DNA of 64,000 bases from Candidatus Omnitrophota bacterium (GTDB lineage: Bacteria > Omnitrophota > Gorgyraeia > B26-G9): NCBI GenBank assembly GCA_043814605.1, contig JBDRJV010000018.1, positions 21,545-85,544 on the forward strand, given 5' to 3'. Every line of letters begins with the position of its first letter. Positions within the stretch are counted from its first letter, which is position 1. The translations under genes were made by a program, and so were the position numbers. Positions 1-10,561 of this stretch are shown here, one piece after another. A model generated the notes under the pieces. The model did no database searches. It saw nothing but the letters and a program-made list of their open reading frames with translations, and was not told where the DNA came from.

Positions 1-1
1 A

Positions 2-82
2 GTTGAATTAATGCGTTATTATATTCCTTTTTTTAATTGGAAAATAAATTGTTTGTTGTTACAAAAAACTAAGAAAGATTAG
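2..82 (+). CDS. 3' end of an upstream gene (partial, ...VELMRYYIPFFNWKINCLLLQKTKKD*)
   Basis: Open frame from the window edge to TAG at 80-82, 3 nt before the next ATG (operon-like spacing). Confidence 0.4.
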   Translation, partial: VELMRYYIPFFNWKINCLLLQKTKKD

Positions 83-85
83 ATA

Positions 86-1315
86 ATGAGAATTGCGTTT
101 ATTGTTACAGAATTTCCTAATGTTTCGGAGACTTTTATTTTAAATCAAATTACTTCTCTTTTAGAATCAGGCAATGAAGTAGAAATTTTTTCCTGTTTTA
201 AACCAGTTCGGCAAAAAGAAAAGAAGGTTCATCCGGATGTACAGAAGTATAATTTACAGGAACATACACATTATTTTTCGAGTATACCGAATAATCGGAT
301 GCTGAGAATTTTAAAAGCATCATTTTTAGTAATAACTAATGTTTTTAAAGCACCGGTGATGGTTTTTAAATCTTTAAATATATTTCGTTTTAAGAATTTA
401 AGGTTAATCTATAGCCTTGTGCCTTTTTTAAATTTTACAGATAAAACTAAAAAATTTGATATTATCCATTGCCATTTTGGGCCGAACGGAATTTGGGGCC
501 TAAACTTAAAATTTTTGGGATTAAAAGGTAAATTGCTAACTAGTTTTCATGGCTATGATGTAAACAGTTATCCTCAAGAGCAGGGGATAGGTATCTATAA
601 TGATTTATTCAAATATGGCGACGGTTTTACGGCAAACACGAATTTTACTAAAATTCAAGCGGTAAAACTCGGATGCCCAGAAAATAAGATTCATATTGTT
701 CATGAAGGATTAAAATCAGCTAATTTTAAATATTTACCGCGCAAACTGAAGCCGGGTGAGAATATTAACTTATTGACTCTCGGCCGCTTGGTTGAGAAAA
801 AAGGACATAAATATACTTTAAAGGCGCTAAAAGAGATTTTAATGGAAAATAGAAACATAATGTATACAATAGCTGGCGACGGTCCGTTAAGAGAAGAGTT
901 AGAAAAACTTACCGATGAACTGGGGATTAAGGATAATGTTATTTTTTTAGGTAAAGTTGACCAATCAGAAGCAGTGAAATTATATAACCAGGCGCATATT
1001 TTTATTTTAACCAGTGTAACCGCGGCTAATTCTGACCGGGAAGGCCAGGCCTTGGTTTTACAGGAAGCCCAGGCTTGCGGTATTCCGGTAATTGCTACGC
1101 TGCATAATGGAATCCCCGAGGGAGTATTAGACGGTGAATCGGGATTTCTGGTGCCGGAGCGAAACGTAGATATTTTAGTTGAAAAACTTAAAACTTTAAT
1201 CGAGAATCCGCAAATTTGGGGCACAATGGGTAAATGCGGCCAGGAATTTGTCCAGAAAAAATTTGATGCGGATATTTTAAACCTGCAATTAATTAAGGTT
1301 TACAAAAAAATTTAG
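86..1315 (+). CDS. GT4 glycosyltransferase (WcaL-like)
   Basis: FPxxSETFI N-terminus, HCHFG, SFHGYD, GRLVEKKG, EGxxxVLQEAQACG GT4 motifs. Confidence 0.9.
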   Translation: MRIAFIVTEFPNVSETFILNQITSLLESGNEVEIFSCFKPVRQKEKKVHPDVQKYNLQEHTHYFSSIPNNRMLRILKASFLVITNVFKAPVMVFKSLNIFRFKNLRLIYSLVPFLNFTDKTKKFDIIHCHFGPNGIWGLNLKFLGLKGKLLTSFHGYDVNSYPQEQGIGIYNDLFKYGDGFTANTNFTKIQAVKLGCPENKIHIVHEGLKSANFKYLPRKLKPGENINLLTLGRLVEKKGHKYTLKALKEILMENRNIMYTIAGDGPLREELEKLTDELGIKDNVIFLGKVDQSEAVKLYNQAHIFILTSVTAANSDREGQALVLQEAQACGIPVIATLHNGIPEGVLDGESGFLVPERNVDILVEKLKTLIENPQIWGTMGKCGQEFVQKKFDADILNLQLIKVYKKI

Positions 1316-1339
1316 ACGAACAAATAAATAAAAAAAATT

Positions 1340-2541
1340 ATGTTATATCAAATAAAATCATTTATTGAAAGAGTAATACCTGATTCTCTAATGAAAAGAT
1401 TTAAAACTTTGATTAAGGATGTAAAAAATTCATGGAAATATAGGGGTAAAATAAACAGCAGTTTTTATGATGCAGATATTTATTGGCTTGATCCGCGGGA
1501 CATAAAATATGCAACAAAAACCGGATTAAATAATCAACAATTTAAAAATAAAGTAATTAGAGGGGATTGGGATAAACCATATTATAATTTTACGGATTTA
1601 GATATTTATCAAAGTATTCAGGCCAGAATTACAGCGAATATTTCCTGGGAAGGAACAACAGCTTATAAAAGAATATTAAAGCAAATTGAATTTGGTGAAG
1701 AAAAATGGGGCTGTAAAAATAAAACAGATTTAAATGCACGTTGTAAAAAAATTGATGCCTTAATTCAAGATATAAAAGAAAATGGGTATAAGGCTGATAG
1801 TGATGATGAAATTACGATTAATATTAGCCGGGATGGATTGCTTTTACTTAATCACGGCCGGCATCGATTAGCTTGTGCGAAGTTACTGGATATTAAAAAA
1901 ATTCCGGTTCAAATAGTGGCACGGCACAAAGATTGGGTAAAATTTAAAAAAGAAATTTTGTATTATGCCTGGTGTAATAAAGGAATGGTTTATGCCCCGC
2001 TGGATCATCTGGATTTGATTCATATCCCCTCTTTACATAAGGGAAGGTTTGAATTAATTAAAGCGAATTTGGATGTATGCGGAGGGCGGGTTTTAGATAT
2101 TGGAGCGCATTGGGGGCATTTTTCCTCTAAATTTGAAGATTTAGGTTTTGAATCTTTTGCGGTAGAACAAAATGAGGAATGTCTTTATTTTTTAAAACGG
2201 TTGAAAAAAAGCAAGGCAAAGAAATTTCACGTTATTGCTGATGATATTTTAGCTTACGGATTAAGGCATAATCAATTTGATGTAGTTTTAGCTTTATCTG
2301 TGTTTCATTGGTTTATCCGGGAAAAAGGGACGTATGAAAGGTTTAAAACTTTTTTGAATAATTTAAAAATGAAGGAAATGTTTTTTCAAGCGTATGCTCA
2401 GAATCATACGCAAATGCAGCAGGCTTACAAAATTTCTCTCCAGAGGAATTTATTGAATTTATTATTAATAATTCCTGTTTAAATAAACATAAGCTTATCG
2501 GGGAAGAGTCAGGGAGAAAAATTTTTAAAATTTACCAGTAA
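1340..2541 (+). CDS. ParB/Srx-like domain fused to a class I SAM methyltransferase-like domain; apparent 1-nt frameshift at 2429-2432
   Basis: ITINISRDG...GRHRLACAKLLDI..IPV (ParB/Srx-like), VLDIGAHWG, FDVVLALSVFH. The called ORF ends at 2482; adding one A at AAAA 2429-2432 gives ...AYKNFSPEEFIEFIINNSCLNKHKLIGEESGRKIFKIYQ* ending at 2541. Confidence 0.7.
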
Positions 2542-2543
2542 AA

Positions 2544-2776
2544 ATTTATAAATATAATTAATTTTTCTGTTCAAATGATTTTTTTAACGCAAAGTTCTTT
2601 CATAATTTTGGTGACGAAGCCTGTCCCGCAGTAGGCGGGAGAACTCACTCGTCGGCTTACGCCAGGACGAGCTCAAACAGTCCTCGTCCTCACACCTAAA
2701 AATGTGTGATTCCCAAAATTATTCAAGCTGCTTTGCTAAAAACCATATTCACCGAAAAATTATTAGATTTATAAAT
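2544..2776. repeat. ~230-bp long imperfect hairpin (MITE-like or structured RNA)
   Basis: Arm ATTTATAAATATAATTAATTTTTCTGT...CATAATTTTGG pairs with CCAAAATTATT...CCGAAAAATTATTAGATTTATAAAT; GC-rich internal hairpins TCCCGC/GCGGGA and CTCGTC/GACGAG. Confidence 0.7.
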
Positions 2777-2888
2777 ATACAAAAATATGTTTTTTACATA
2801 ACACGTAACACATTATACAAAAAAGTAGTTTTTAGGTTAACGTTTGAATAAAAAATAAAAGTTATTTTTAAGATTAAGGAATGAAGAA

Positions 2889-3974
2889 ATGAAGATCGGT
2901 TTTTTTTATCCAGAATATTATCCGGTTCGTGCCAGCGCATCAGTACACGGTTATTATTTAGCCCGGGGACTGGTCGATCGGGGGCATAAGCTGCTTTCCT
3001 GCATTGGAGATGAAAATCCTAATTGTATTTTATATCCCCAGTCAAAACCAGGGATGATCAAGTTAATTTTAGATGCTGATGTTTTGTATGTCAGAATCAT
3101 GAGTTATTTTGAGCACGTTTGCACCTGGCGGATGCTGCGTTTATTCAACTTGCCGGTTGTTTGGGAAATTGATGCGCCGCTGGAGGAACAATATGCTTTT
3201 TATGAAGATAAGCAAGCGGCTAAAAAAGAATTAGCGTGGCAAAATTTAAAAAGACAATTTTTTGCGCGGTTTGTAGATGCGGGAATTTGTGTTTCTGATC
3301 AGATGGCTGATTATTCAAAAAAATTTTTAAAAATAAAAAATTCTTATACTATTCCTAATGGATCTAATGCGCAATTTTTTAAAAAAAGTAAAAATAAATT
3401 TAAGCCCCAGGGCTGGGAGGGAAAGTTCGTTATTGTATGGGCGGGTAATCCCACTTTGCCTTGGCAGGCAATGCAATTGATGTTTAATGTTGCGCAAAAA
3501 ATACAAAAAATAGATAAAGATATTATGTTTGTATTTATCAGCAGCGAATTAGAATACAAATTCCCGGAAGAGGATAATATTGCTGTTTTAACCAGAATTA
3601 ATTATCTGAGTTTGCCTAATTATCTCCCTTTTGCTGATATCTGTTTATGTTTGTACAACAGTTATGATTGGTGTCCATGGGGATTTTATAATTCACCCTT
3701 AAAATTATTTGATTATATGGCTGCCGGCGTAGCAGTGATTGCTTCAAATATGGGGCAGATTGCACAAGTTATTAAAGATAATAAAAATGGGCTGCTTACC
3801 GATAACCAGGAAGATGATATAATTAAAAAAATAATTAAATTAAAGGAAGATAGAACGTTAAGTAAAAGAATCGGGAAAGCAGCAGAGAAAAATATTATTG
3901 AATATTATAATTGGGATCGGGTGGCCAAAGAGACAGAAGAGGTTTTACAATCTGTAGTTAAAATCAAATATTAA
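2889..3974 (+). CDS. GT4 glycosyltransferase
   Basis: IPNG, SPLKLFDYMAAG, YNWDRVA motifs. Confidence 0.88.
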   Translation: MKIGFFYPEYYPVRASASVHGYYLARGLVDRGHKLLSCIGDENPNCILYPQSKPGMIKLILDADVLYVRIMSYFEHVCTWRMLRLFNLPVVWEIDAPLEEQYAFYEDKQAAKKELAWQNLKRQFFARFVDAGICVSDQMADYSKKFLKIKNSYTIPNGSNAQFFKKSKNKFKPQGWEGKFVIVWAGNPTLPWQAMQLMFNVAQKIQKIDKDIMFVFISSELEYKFPEEDNIAVLTRINYLSLPNYLPFADICLCLYNSYDWCPWGFYNSPLKLFDYMAAGVAVIASNMGQIAQVIKDNKNGLLTDNQEDDIIKKIIKLKEDRTLSKRIGKAAEKNIIEYYNWDRVAKETEEVLQSVVKIKY

Positions 3975-4116
3975 AATGCAAAAAGCAAAAAGTGATTTAA
4001 AATATAAAATTTAATTTTAAGATTATATTTTTTTAAGTAAATATGTTATGGTTTTAATGTTTTGTATAATTTCAAGGATGTGTTTACAAATTTATATTGT
4101 TCGGTAAAAGGGAAAA

Positions 4117-4273
4117 AAGGTGAAGGTAACGAAGCCCGTTTCGGTAACGTACAACGGTAACGTGTTCAAAGCATTAAAAATACGTCACCGTAACCGATTG
4201 ACGATACGGGCCCGCTACAATGCATATCGAGGTCTCGCTGCTTCTCCGGCGGACATCGTAACCGTTTAACCTT
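4117..4273. repeat. Nested imperfect hairpin with GGTAACG repeats
   Basis: GGTAACGA/TCGTAACC, GCCCGT/ACGGGC and ACGGTAACGTGTT/AATACGTCACCGT stems in a GC-rich island inside AT-rich intergenic DNA. Confidence 0.6.
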
Positions 4274-4357
4274 AGCCGTTATTTTTAAATTTTACATTGA
4301 GACACTACAAATGTTTTTAAAATTTTGATTTTTAATCTTTAAAATTTAATTATTACT

Positions 4358-5479
4358 ATGAATATATTACAGATTGTTTCAAGTTTAGCAGAAATTAGCG
4401 GTCCGGCAAATTCTTTATATTTGGTCGCAACTGGATTAAAGCAAAAAGGCCATAATGTTGTTTGTGCCCATTATGTGGGGGAGAGAGGCCCTTTAGTTGA
4501 AAAACTGGAAAATCAAGGAATTAAGGTTATAAATTTAGGAGGGGGAGATGCGAATCAGCCGCGTTTTATACGTTTAAGAATATTAATACGTCTGATCATG
4601 TTGGTTTTTAAAGAAAAAATAGAAATTATTCAGGCTCATAATTGGGATGCGGATTGTTATGCTCTTTTAGCCGGGATTTTTAAAAAAATGAGAAAAGTGG
4701 TTAGTTTACACAGCCGTTCTTATTTTGATTGGGTTAATAAACATTATGCAAAATATGACAGATTATTTTTTAAATTGGTTGATAATTATGTTTGTGTGAG
4801 TCAATGTATGGCTGATGAATTCAAGGAAAAATATCCGCAAATAAGAAATAAAATTTCTGTCATTTATAATTCACCAGCAGAGCAATTTTTTAAAAACTTT
4901 AATTTTACTAACAGAAAAAAAATTAGAGAAGAATTTAATGTTAGCGATCAGGAAGTTCTTATCGGCAGTGTGGGTAATTTTACCCGGTTTAAGGGTATTG
5001 AATATTTACTGGAAGCTTTAAACAATTTATCCTATGATGATTTTAAAGTGTTGCTTGTCGGACAAGATTATGGGAACATAAAAAATAAGTATAATTCATA
5101 TTTAAAAGACAAACCGTTAAAATCAAAGATAATTTTTGCCGGGTTCCGGCAGGACATTAGGGATATTTTAGATGCCTTGGATATATTTGTTTTTCCTTCT
5201 ACAGAGGAAGTAGATCCGATTGCTTTATCTGAGGCTATGGCTAGAGGCAAAACAATTATTAGTACAATTGTCGGCGGAATTCCGGAAAAAGTTGAAAATA
5301 AAAAAAATGGCATTTTAGTTGAGCCTAAAAATTCTGCAAGCTTAAGAAATGCTTTAGAATTTTGTTTAAAAAACCCGGCAAAAGCACAAGAAATGGCTTT
5401 TAATGCCCGGCAGACAATTCATCAAAAATTTTCTTATGAAAAAATGGTTCAAAGTTATCTAGAAGTATTTAAAAAATAA
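4358..5479 (+). CDS. GT4 glycosyltransferase
   Basis: IIQAH, IYNS, KGIEYLLEA, GFRQDI, DIFVFPS..E...EAMARG. Confidence 0.9.
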   Translation: MNILQIVSSLAEISGPANSLYLVATGLKQKGHNVVCAHYVGERGPLVEKLENQGIKVINLGGGDANQPRFIRLRILIRLIMLVFKEKIEIIQAHNWDADCYALLAGIFKKMRKVVSLHSRSYFDWVNKHYAKYDRLFFKLVDNYVCVSQCMADEFKEKYPQIRNKISVIYNSPAEQFFKNFNFTNRKKIREEFNVSDQEVLIGSVGNFTRFKGIEYLLEALNNLSYDDFKVLLVGQDYGNIKNKYNSYLKDKPLKSKIIFAGFRQDIRDILDALDIFVFPSTEEVDPIALSEAMARGKTIISTIVGGIPEKVENKKNGILVEPKNSASLRNALEFCLKNPAKAQEMAFNARQTIHQKFSYEKMVQSYLEVFKK

Positions 5480-5485
5480 ATAATC

Positions 5486-6514
5486 ATGAAGATTCTTTTT
5501 GTCGGATATCATAACCCTAAGTTTATTGCATTGCCAGAATATTTTGAAAATGCAATTGTGAATCTGGGACATGAATTAGTATCATTTGATGATCGGAAAT
5601 TTATATTTCCCGGCCGGGTAAGGGGGAAGATAAATGTCTTGCAAAAGTGGGAATTAGATCGTATTAATAGCAATCTGCTCAAACTAGTTTTGCATAAAAA
5701 GCCAGACATATGTTTGGTTAATAGTGTGGGTAGAATTAAAGTAGAGATTATACAGAAAATCAAACAACTGGGCGTGAGAACAGCCTATTTAACTACTGAT
5801 TTTCCCTGGGATAGTGATGTTTTAGTCCAGGAAGCTTTAAATTATGAATTTGTATTTTACGGGGGGACTGAGATTGCGCAAAAATTTAAGCAGGCTAACA
5901 TTAAAAAAGCTTTTTGGCTTCCCTTTGCCTGCGATCCTGATCTGCATAAACCAGTTGAATTATCTAGTGAAGAAAAAAAACAATACAGTGCAGATATTGC
6001 ATTTGTCGGTTCAATATATCCTAAACTTTATTCTAATCGGCTTATAATTTTAGAAGGGATCAGTGATTTTAATATAAAAGTATGGGGGCCCGGAGCAGAT
6101 ACGGTCTCTGCTAATTCGCCTTTAAAGAAAAAAATTATGGGTAATGATACCAAGCCGGGCCAATGGCAAAAGATATATTCGGCTGTAAAAATAGGAGTTT
6201 GTATACACTTTGAAGACCACTTAAAAAAAATACCTTGTTATCAGGCAAGTCCCCGGATATATGAATTATTAAGCTGTAAATGCTTTACTTTAGTAGATAA
6301 TCAGGTGGATGTGAGTAAATTGTTTGAAGATGGCAAACATTTAGTAATATTTAAAAGTATTCCGGATTTACGTGAAAAAATTAATTATTATCTGGCTCAT
6401 CCGGAAAAAAGAAAAATAATTGCCGAACAAGGCTTTAATGAGGTAATTAATAATCATACTTATCAACACCGAATAAAAAAAATAATTGCGATTATTAGGG
6501 GAGATAACCAATGA
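5486..6514 (+). CDS. CgeB-like glycosyltransferase (Glyco_trans_1_2)
   Basis: WLPFACDP, DIAFVGS, SPRIYE, HTYQHR motifs. Confidence 0.8.
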   Translation: MKILFVGYHNPKFIALPEYFENAIVNLGHELVSFDDRKFIFPGRVRGKINVLQKWELDRINSNLLKLVLHKKPDICLVNSVGRIKVEIIQKIKQLGVRTAYLTTDFPWDSDVLVQEALNYEFVFYGGTEIAQKFKQANIKKAFWLPFACDPDLHKPVELSSEEKKQYSADIAFVGSIYPKLYSNRLIILEGISDFNIKVWGPGADTVSANSPLKKKIMGNDTKPGQWQKIYSAVKIGVCIHFEDHLKKIPCYQASPRIYELLSCKCFTLVDNQVDVSKLFEDGKHLVIFKSIPDLREKINYYLAHPEKRKIIAEQGFNEVINNHTYQHRIKKIIAIIRGDNQ

Positions 6515-7212
6515 GCACAGACAATATATTTGATGAGTATTATGAAGCTATTTTCAGAAGTTCAAATAAATATTCACAGGCTGAATATGAAGATCATGTT
6601 AAAAATTTTGATTTGGTTTATGCTAAATATTTAACTCCGGAAAAGCAAGCAAAAATTCTTGATGTCGGATGCGGGACGGGGTATTGGCTTTATTATCTAA
6701 AGAAAAAAGGTTACACGAATTACTCCGGCATTGATATCTCAGCGCAGCAAGTTAAAATCTGTCGAGAAAGGATTAACGCAGAGGTTGAACAAGCAGATGT
6801 ATTTGAATATTTGAAAAACAAAGAAAATTCTTATGATCTGATTGTCGGGCACGATATCTTAGAACATATTCCTAAAACTAAAGTTATAACTTTTTTAAGA
6901 TTAATATATGAAGCATTAAAGCCAGGAGGTAAAGTTTTTTTGAGAACATTAAACTGCGGTAACCCGATGTCCCTGAGAATTCGTTACGCTGATTTTACGC
7001 ATGAATTTGCGGTTACGGAAAAAAGCTTCTACCAAATTCTTTATCTGTCCGGATTCCGGGATATTAAAATTTTACCGAATATTGATAAAGGGTTTTTAAA
7101 TAAAATAGTGGCAAATATGATCCGGTTTGTTTTAAGCAAAATAATGTGGTATCAGGGGTTTGTGGTGCCGCGAATTTTAACCCCGGTAATTTTCGGGATA
7201 GCTAAAAAATAA
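6511..7212 (+). CDS. Class I SAM-dependent methyltransferase
   Basis: ILDVGCGTG, YDLI...DILEHI, LKPGG, DFTH. Confidence 0.88.
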   Translation: MSTDNIFDEYYEAIFRSSNKYSQAEYEDHVKNFDLVYAKYLTPEKQAKILDVGCGTGYWLYYLKKKGYTNYSGIDISAQQVKICRERINAEVEQADVFEYLKNKENSYDLIVGHDILEHIPKTKVITFLRLIYEALKPGGKVFLRTLNCGNPMSLRIRYADFTHEFAVTEKSFYQILYLSGFRDIKILPNIDKGFLNKIVANMIRFVLSKIMWYQGFVVPRILTPVIFGIAKK

Positions 7213-7217
7213 TAATT

Positions 7218-8324
7218 ATGAAAATTAATATTGTGCATATTGTTGAAGATTTAAAAACCGGCGGTTTAGAGAGGGTTATTGCGGGCATTGTCACGGGCAT
7301 AGATCCAGAAAGATTTAATCTAAAAATCTGGTGTTTATTCCGGGGCGGGGATATTTATGATGAGTTAAAGGCTCAAGGGGTTAATGTTGAAATTCTGGGC
7401 ATGCAGTCACATCGGGATATTGGATTTATGTTTAAACTGATCAGAAGATTGAAAGAAAATAATATTCATATTATACATACCCATGGCTATACCGGAACAA
7501 CTTTAGGCCGTATTGCCGGGATTATCGCCGGAGTTAAAATAATTCTGGCGCATGTGCATAGTACATATTGGGATTTTAGTTTTAAGCAGCTTTGTATTGA
7601 AAAAATTTTAAGTTTGGCTACAGATAAAATAATTTGTTGTTCTGAATCTGTAGCTAATTTTGTCAAAGGAAGAGAAAAGGTAAATAAGGATAAAGTAACC
7701 GTAATTTATAATGGCGTAGATCTGGATAAATTTATTTTAAAAGACAATCAAATAACGGATAAAGATGAATATGTGATCGGTTGTATTGCTTCTTTATTTG
7801 CGCATAAAGGTCATAAATACCTTTTAGCAGCAATAAAATCGCTGATTAGTGATTGCTCAAAAAAGATCAGACTAATTTTAGTCGGAGAAGGACAATTGAA
7901 AGATGAATTGCAGGATTATTGCCGCAAATTGGGGATTGAGAAAAATGTTAAATTTGTGGGAAATGTTTTAGATATATCCGAAATATTAAAAGGTTTTGAT
8001 ATTGTTGTTTTGCCCTCATCAGAAAGAGAGGGGTTAGGCATTGCTTTACTTGAAGCAATGGCTGTGGGTATTCCGATTATTGGGACAACAATCGGGGGGA
8101 TTCCGGAAATTATCCAAAATGGAATAAACGGAATTTTAATTGAGCCTAAAAATTCCGGGTCATTAGCTTCCGCGATCAATTCAATGCTTGATGATTTTAA
8201 TAAAGCTAAAACTATGGGAGCAACCGGTCGAAAAATAGTTGAAGCAAAGTTTTCACAGGAAAAAATGCTGCAGAAAATAAGCGGCCTATATCAAATACTT
8301 TTTGACCAAAAATATGGAAAATAA
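7218..8324 (+). CDS. GT4 glycosyltransferase
   Basis: GGLERV, IHTH, IYNGVD, KGHKYL, EGLGIALLEAMA. Confidence 0.92.
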   Translation: MKINIVHIVEDLKTGGLERVIAGIVTGIDPERFNLKIWCLFRGGDIYDELKAQGVNVEILGMQSHRDIGFMFKLIRRLKENNIHIIHTHGYTGTTLGRIAGIIAGVKIILAHVHSTYWDFSFKQLCIEKILSLATDKIICCSESVANFVKGREKVNKDKVTVIYNGVDLDKFILKDNQITDKDEYVIGCIASLFAHKGHKYLLAAIKSLISDCSKKIRLILVGEGQLKDELQDYCRKLGIEKNVKFVGNVLDISEILKGFDIVVLPSSEREGLGIALLEAMAVGIPIIGTTIGGIPEIIQNGINGILIEPKNSGSLASAINSMLDDFNKAKTMGATGRKIVEAKFSQEKMLQKISGLYQILFDQKYGK

Positions 8325-9411
8325 AAAAATCAATATTTTATTTATGAGCAGTTTTGGCTCCTTGCAAGGCGGCGGACAGCGCAGTCTTTTACTTTTGCTT
8401 AAATACCTGGACAAAAGTAAATTTACGTCTTTTGTAGCTGTGCCGGATTCAGGCGAATTAAGTGAAGCAGTATCAGGTTTGGGTGTAAAAGTTTTTGTGA
8501 TTTCTTTGCCGCGGTTGCGTTCGCTGAATATTTTTCGCACAATTGACTCAATTTATAGATTATTTTTAATTTGCCGGGAGTATAAAATAGATATTATTCA
8601 TACGGATGCGCCGCGGCAGACTTTATACGCAGCTTTAATTAAGAGGTTTTTAAAAATTTCTCTAATCCTGCACTTGCGGGTTACGGATACAGTGGGTTGG
8701 ATCGACAAACTGATTTATCCTTTTACGGATAAAATGATTGCTGTCTCTGTTGCAGTTTCTTATCGTTTCGATTTTGCTCATAATTTTAAAGATAAAGTTA
8801 AAGTTGTTTATAATGCCGTGGATTTAGAAGAGTATCAGATGCAAGATATCCCATCACCAAGGCCTAAGCTGGTGGCGGGTTATTTTGGCCGGATTGCTAG
8901 AAGAAAGGGGATCGAGGTTTTGATAAAAGCCGTAAAAAGGATTCCGGATCAGGTTAAATTAATTATTACAGGCAGCGGGGATTTACAATATTTAAAAGAA
9001 TTAAAATTATTATGTATAGGAATAAAACTAGAAGATATTGAATTTTGTGAATATCATAAAAATGTGATAAAAGAAATAAACAATTGTGATGTAATTGTTC
9101 TGCCGTCAATAAAAGGGGAAGGTCTTTCCCGGGTGATTATTGAAGCAATGGCGCTAGGTAAGGTTGCTATCGTATCTGATTTAGCAGAAAATAAAGAAGC
9201 TTTAGGGGATGAATTAAATGAGTTTATTTTTCCGCAAGGAGATGACCAGGCCTTGTTTTTAATTATTGATAAAATCATTAAAAATAGGGAAATTCTTATT
9301 TTAAAAAGAAACCTTTTAAGGAAAAGGGCGGAAGAATTTTTTAATGCAGCTAAAAACACAAAACAAATCGAAAATATTTATGATGAGCTTATTAGTGCGA
9401 GAAAAAATTAA
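8314..9411 (+). CDS. GT4 glycosyltransferase
   Basis: GGGQRSL, VYNAVD, GRIARRKG, EGLSRVIIEAMA; start taken at ATG 8314 overlapping the previous stop (8302 in ORF track). Confidence 0.9.
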   Translation: MENKKINILFMSSFGSLQGGGQRSLLLLLKYLDKSKFTSFVAVPDSGELSEAVSGLGVKVFVISLPRLRSLNIFRTIDSIYRLFLICREYKIDIIHTDAPRQTLYAALIKRFLKISLILHLRVTDTVGWIDKLIYPFTDKMIAVSVAVSYRFDFAHNFKDKVKVVYNAVDLEEYQMQDIPSPRPKLVAGYFGRIARRKGIEVLIKAVKRIPDQVKLIITGSGDLQYLKELKLLCIGIKLEDIEFCEYHKNVIKEINNCDVIVLPSIKGEGLSRVIIEAMALGKVAIVSDLAENKEALGDELNEFIFPQGDDQALFLIIDKIIKNREILILKRNLLRKRAEEFFNAAKNTKQIENIYDELISARKN

Positions 9412-10561
9412 AATTATTTTGAAATTTTTTGGTATAAATAACTGCCTGAGAATAATCAGGATTAGGGGGTACTGGATTTTTGATTTTTTTGGTCGTCTTA
9501 TCTTTGGATTATTTAAATCCTTGAGGATTCTAAAACCGGATAAAATATTTAATAAAGATAAAGTTAAGAAAATACTTTTGATTCGTATCGACCGTCTGGG
9601 AGATTTAATACTGACTACGCCGGCAATAAAGGCAGTGCGTAACGAATTTAAACAGGCTCAAGTTCATTTGCTGGTTAACGAATATGCTCAAGATTTAGTG
9701 GTTAATAATCCTAACATAGATAGGCTGTTAATTTATAAAAAAAATTTAAAATTAGAAGAAGGTTATGATTTAGCAGTTTGCTTTCATCGCGGGTATTTAC
9801 CCAATAAAATTGCTTTTAAATCTCAAGCTGTTTGGCGGGTTGGGTTTTCTGGTGCGGGGGGAAGTTTTTTCCTCACCCATGTTCTTTTTGATGATCGTTT
9901 GAAGCGGGCGAGGCATGAAGTGGAATTTTCTTTGGAAGCAGCACAAATAATTGGTGCGGATTTAAAAGATAAAAAGGATAAAAAGCTCGAAATTTCCATA
10001 ACTCAAGCCGGAGAAGAATTCGCGGATAAATTTTATCAGGACAATAAAATATCACGTGATGATTTAGTGATTATTATGCATCCGGGAGCCAGACAGGAAT
10101 ATATTCGCTGGAAAAAACAAGGGTTTGCGGCTGTTGCCGATGAATTAATCAGCCAATATCAGGCTAAGGTTATTATGACTGGGTCAAAAAGTGAACAGGC
10201 ATTACTTTTGCAGATCAAGAATTTAATGAAGTACCCGGCAATAATCACCCCGGGAATAAAGCTGACGGAACTAGTTTCGATTATGGACCGGGGAAATTTA
10301 TATATCGGTAATATTACTGGCCCCATGCATATTGCCTGTGCTTTAGATTTACCAGTTGTTGCGATAACTGGTATGACCGGATCTTTAGATGATACCCGGT
10401 ATTGGGGGCCAAGGTGTAGTGATTTTGAAATTGTATCTAAGGATATGGGGTGTAAAAAATGTGTTCCGGGAGATTGTAAAACTTTTGAATGTATACAGAG
10501 TATTTCTGTAGAAGATGTGATGGATGCTACTTTAAGGATAATTAAACGACATGCAGCGTGA
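9344..10561 (+). CDS. GT9 (heptosyltransferase-like) glycosyltransferase
   Basis: LIRIDRLGDLILTTP, HPGA...RW, TGPMHIACA, C-terminal CxxC...C; true start probably downstream. Confidence 0.88.
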   Translation: MQLKTQNKSKIFMMSLLVREKIKIILKFFGINNCLRIIRIRGYWIFDFFGRLIFGLFKSLRILKPDKIFNKDKVKKILLIRIDRLGDLILTTPAIKAVRNEFKQAQVHLLVNEYAQDLVVNNPNIDRLLIYKKNLKLEEGYDLAVCFHRGYLPNKIAFKSQAVWRVGFSGAGGSFFLTHVLFDDRLKRARHEVEFSLEAAQIIGADLKDKKDKKLEISITQAGEEFADKFYQDNKISRDDLVIIMHPGARQEYIRWKKQGFAAVADELISQYQAKVIMTGSKSEQALLLQIKNLMKYPAIITPGIKLTELVSIMDRGNLYIGNITGPMHIACALDLPVVAITGMTGSLDDTRYWGPRCSDFEIVSKDMGCKKCVPGDCKTFECIQSISVEDVMDATLRIIKRHAA

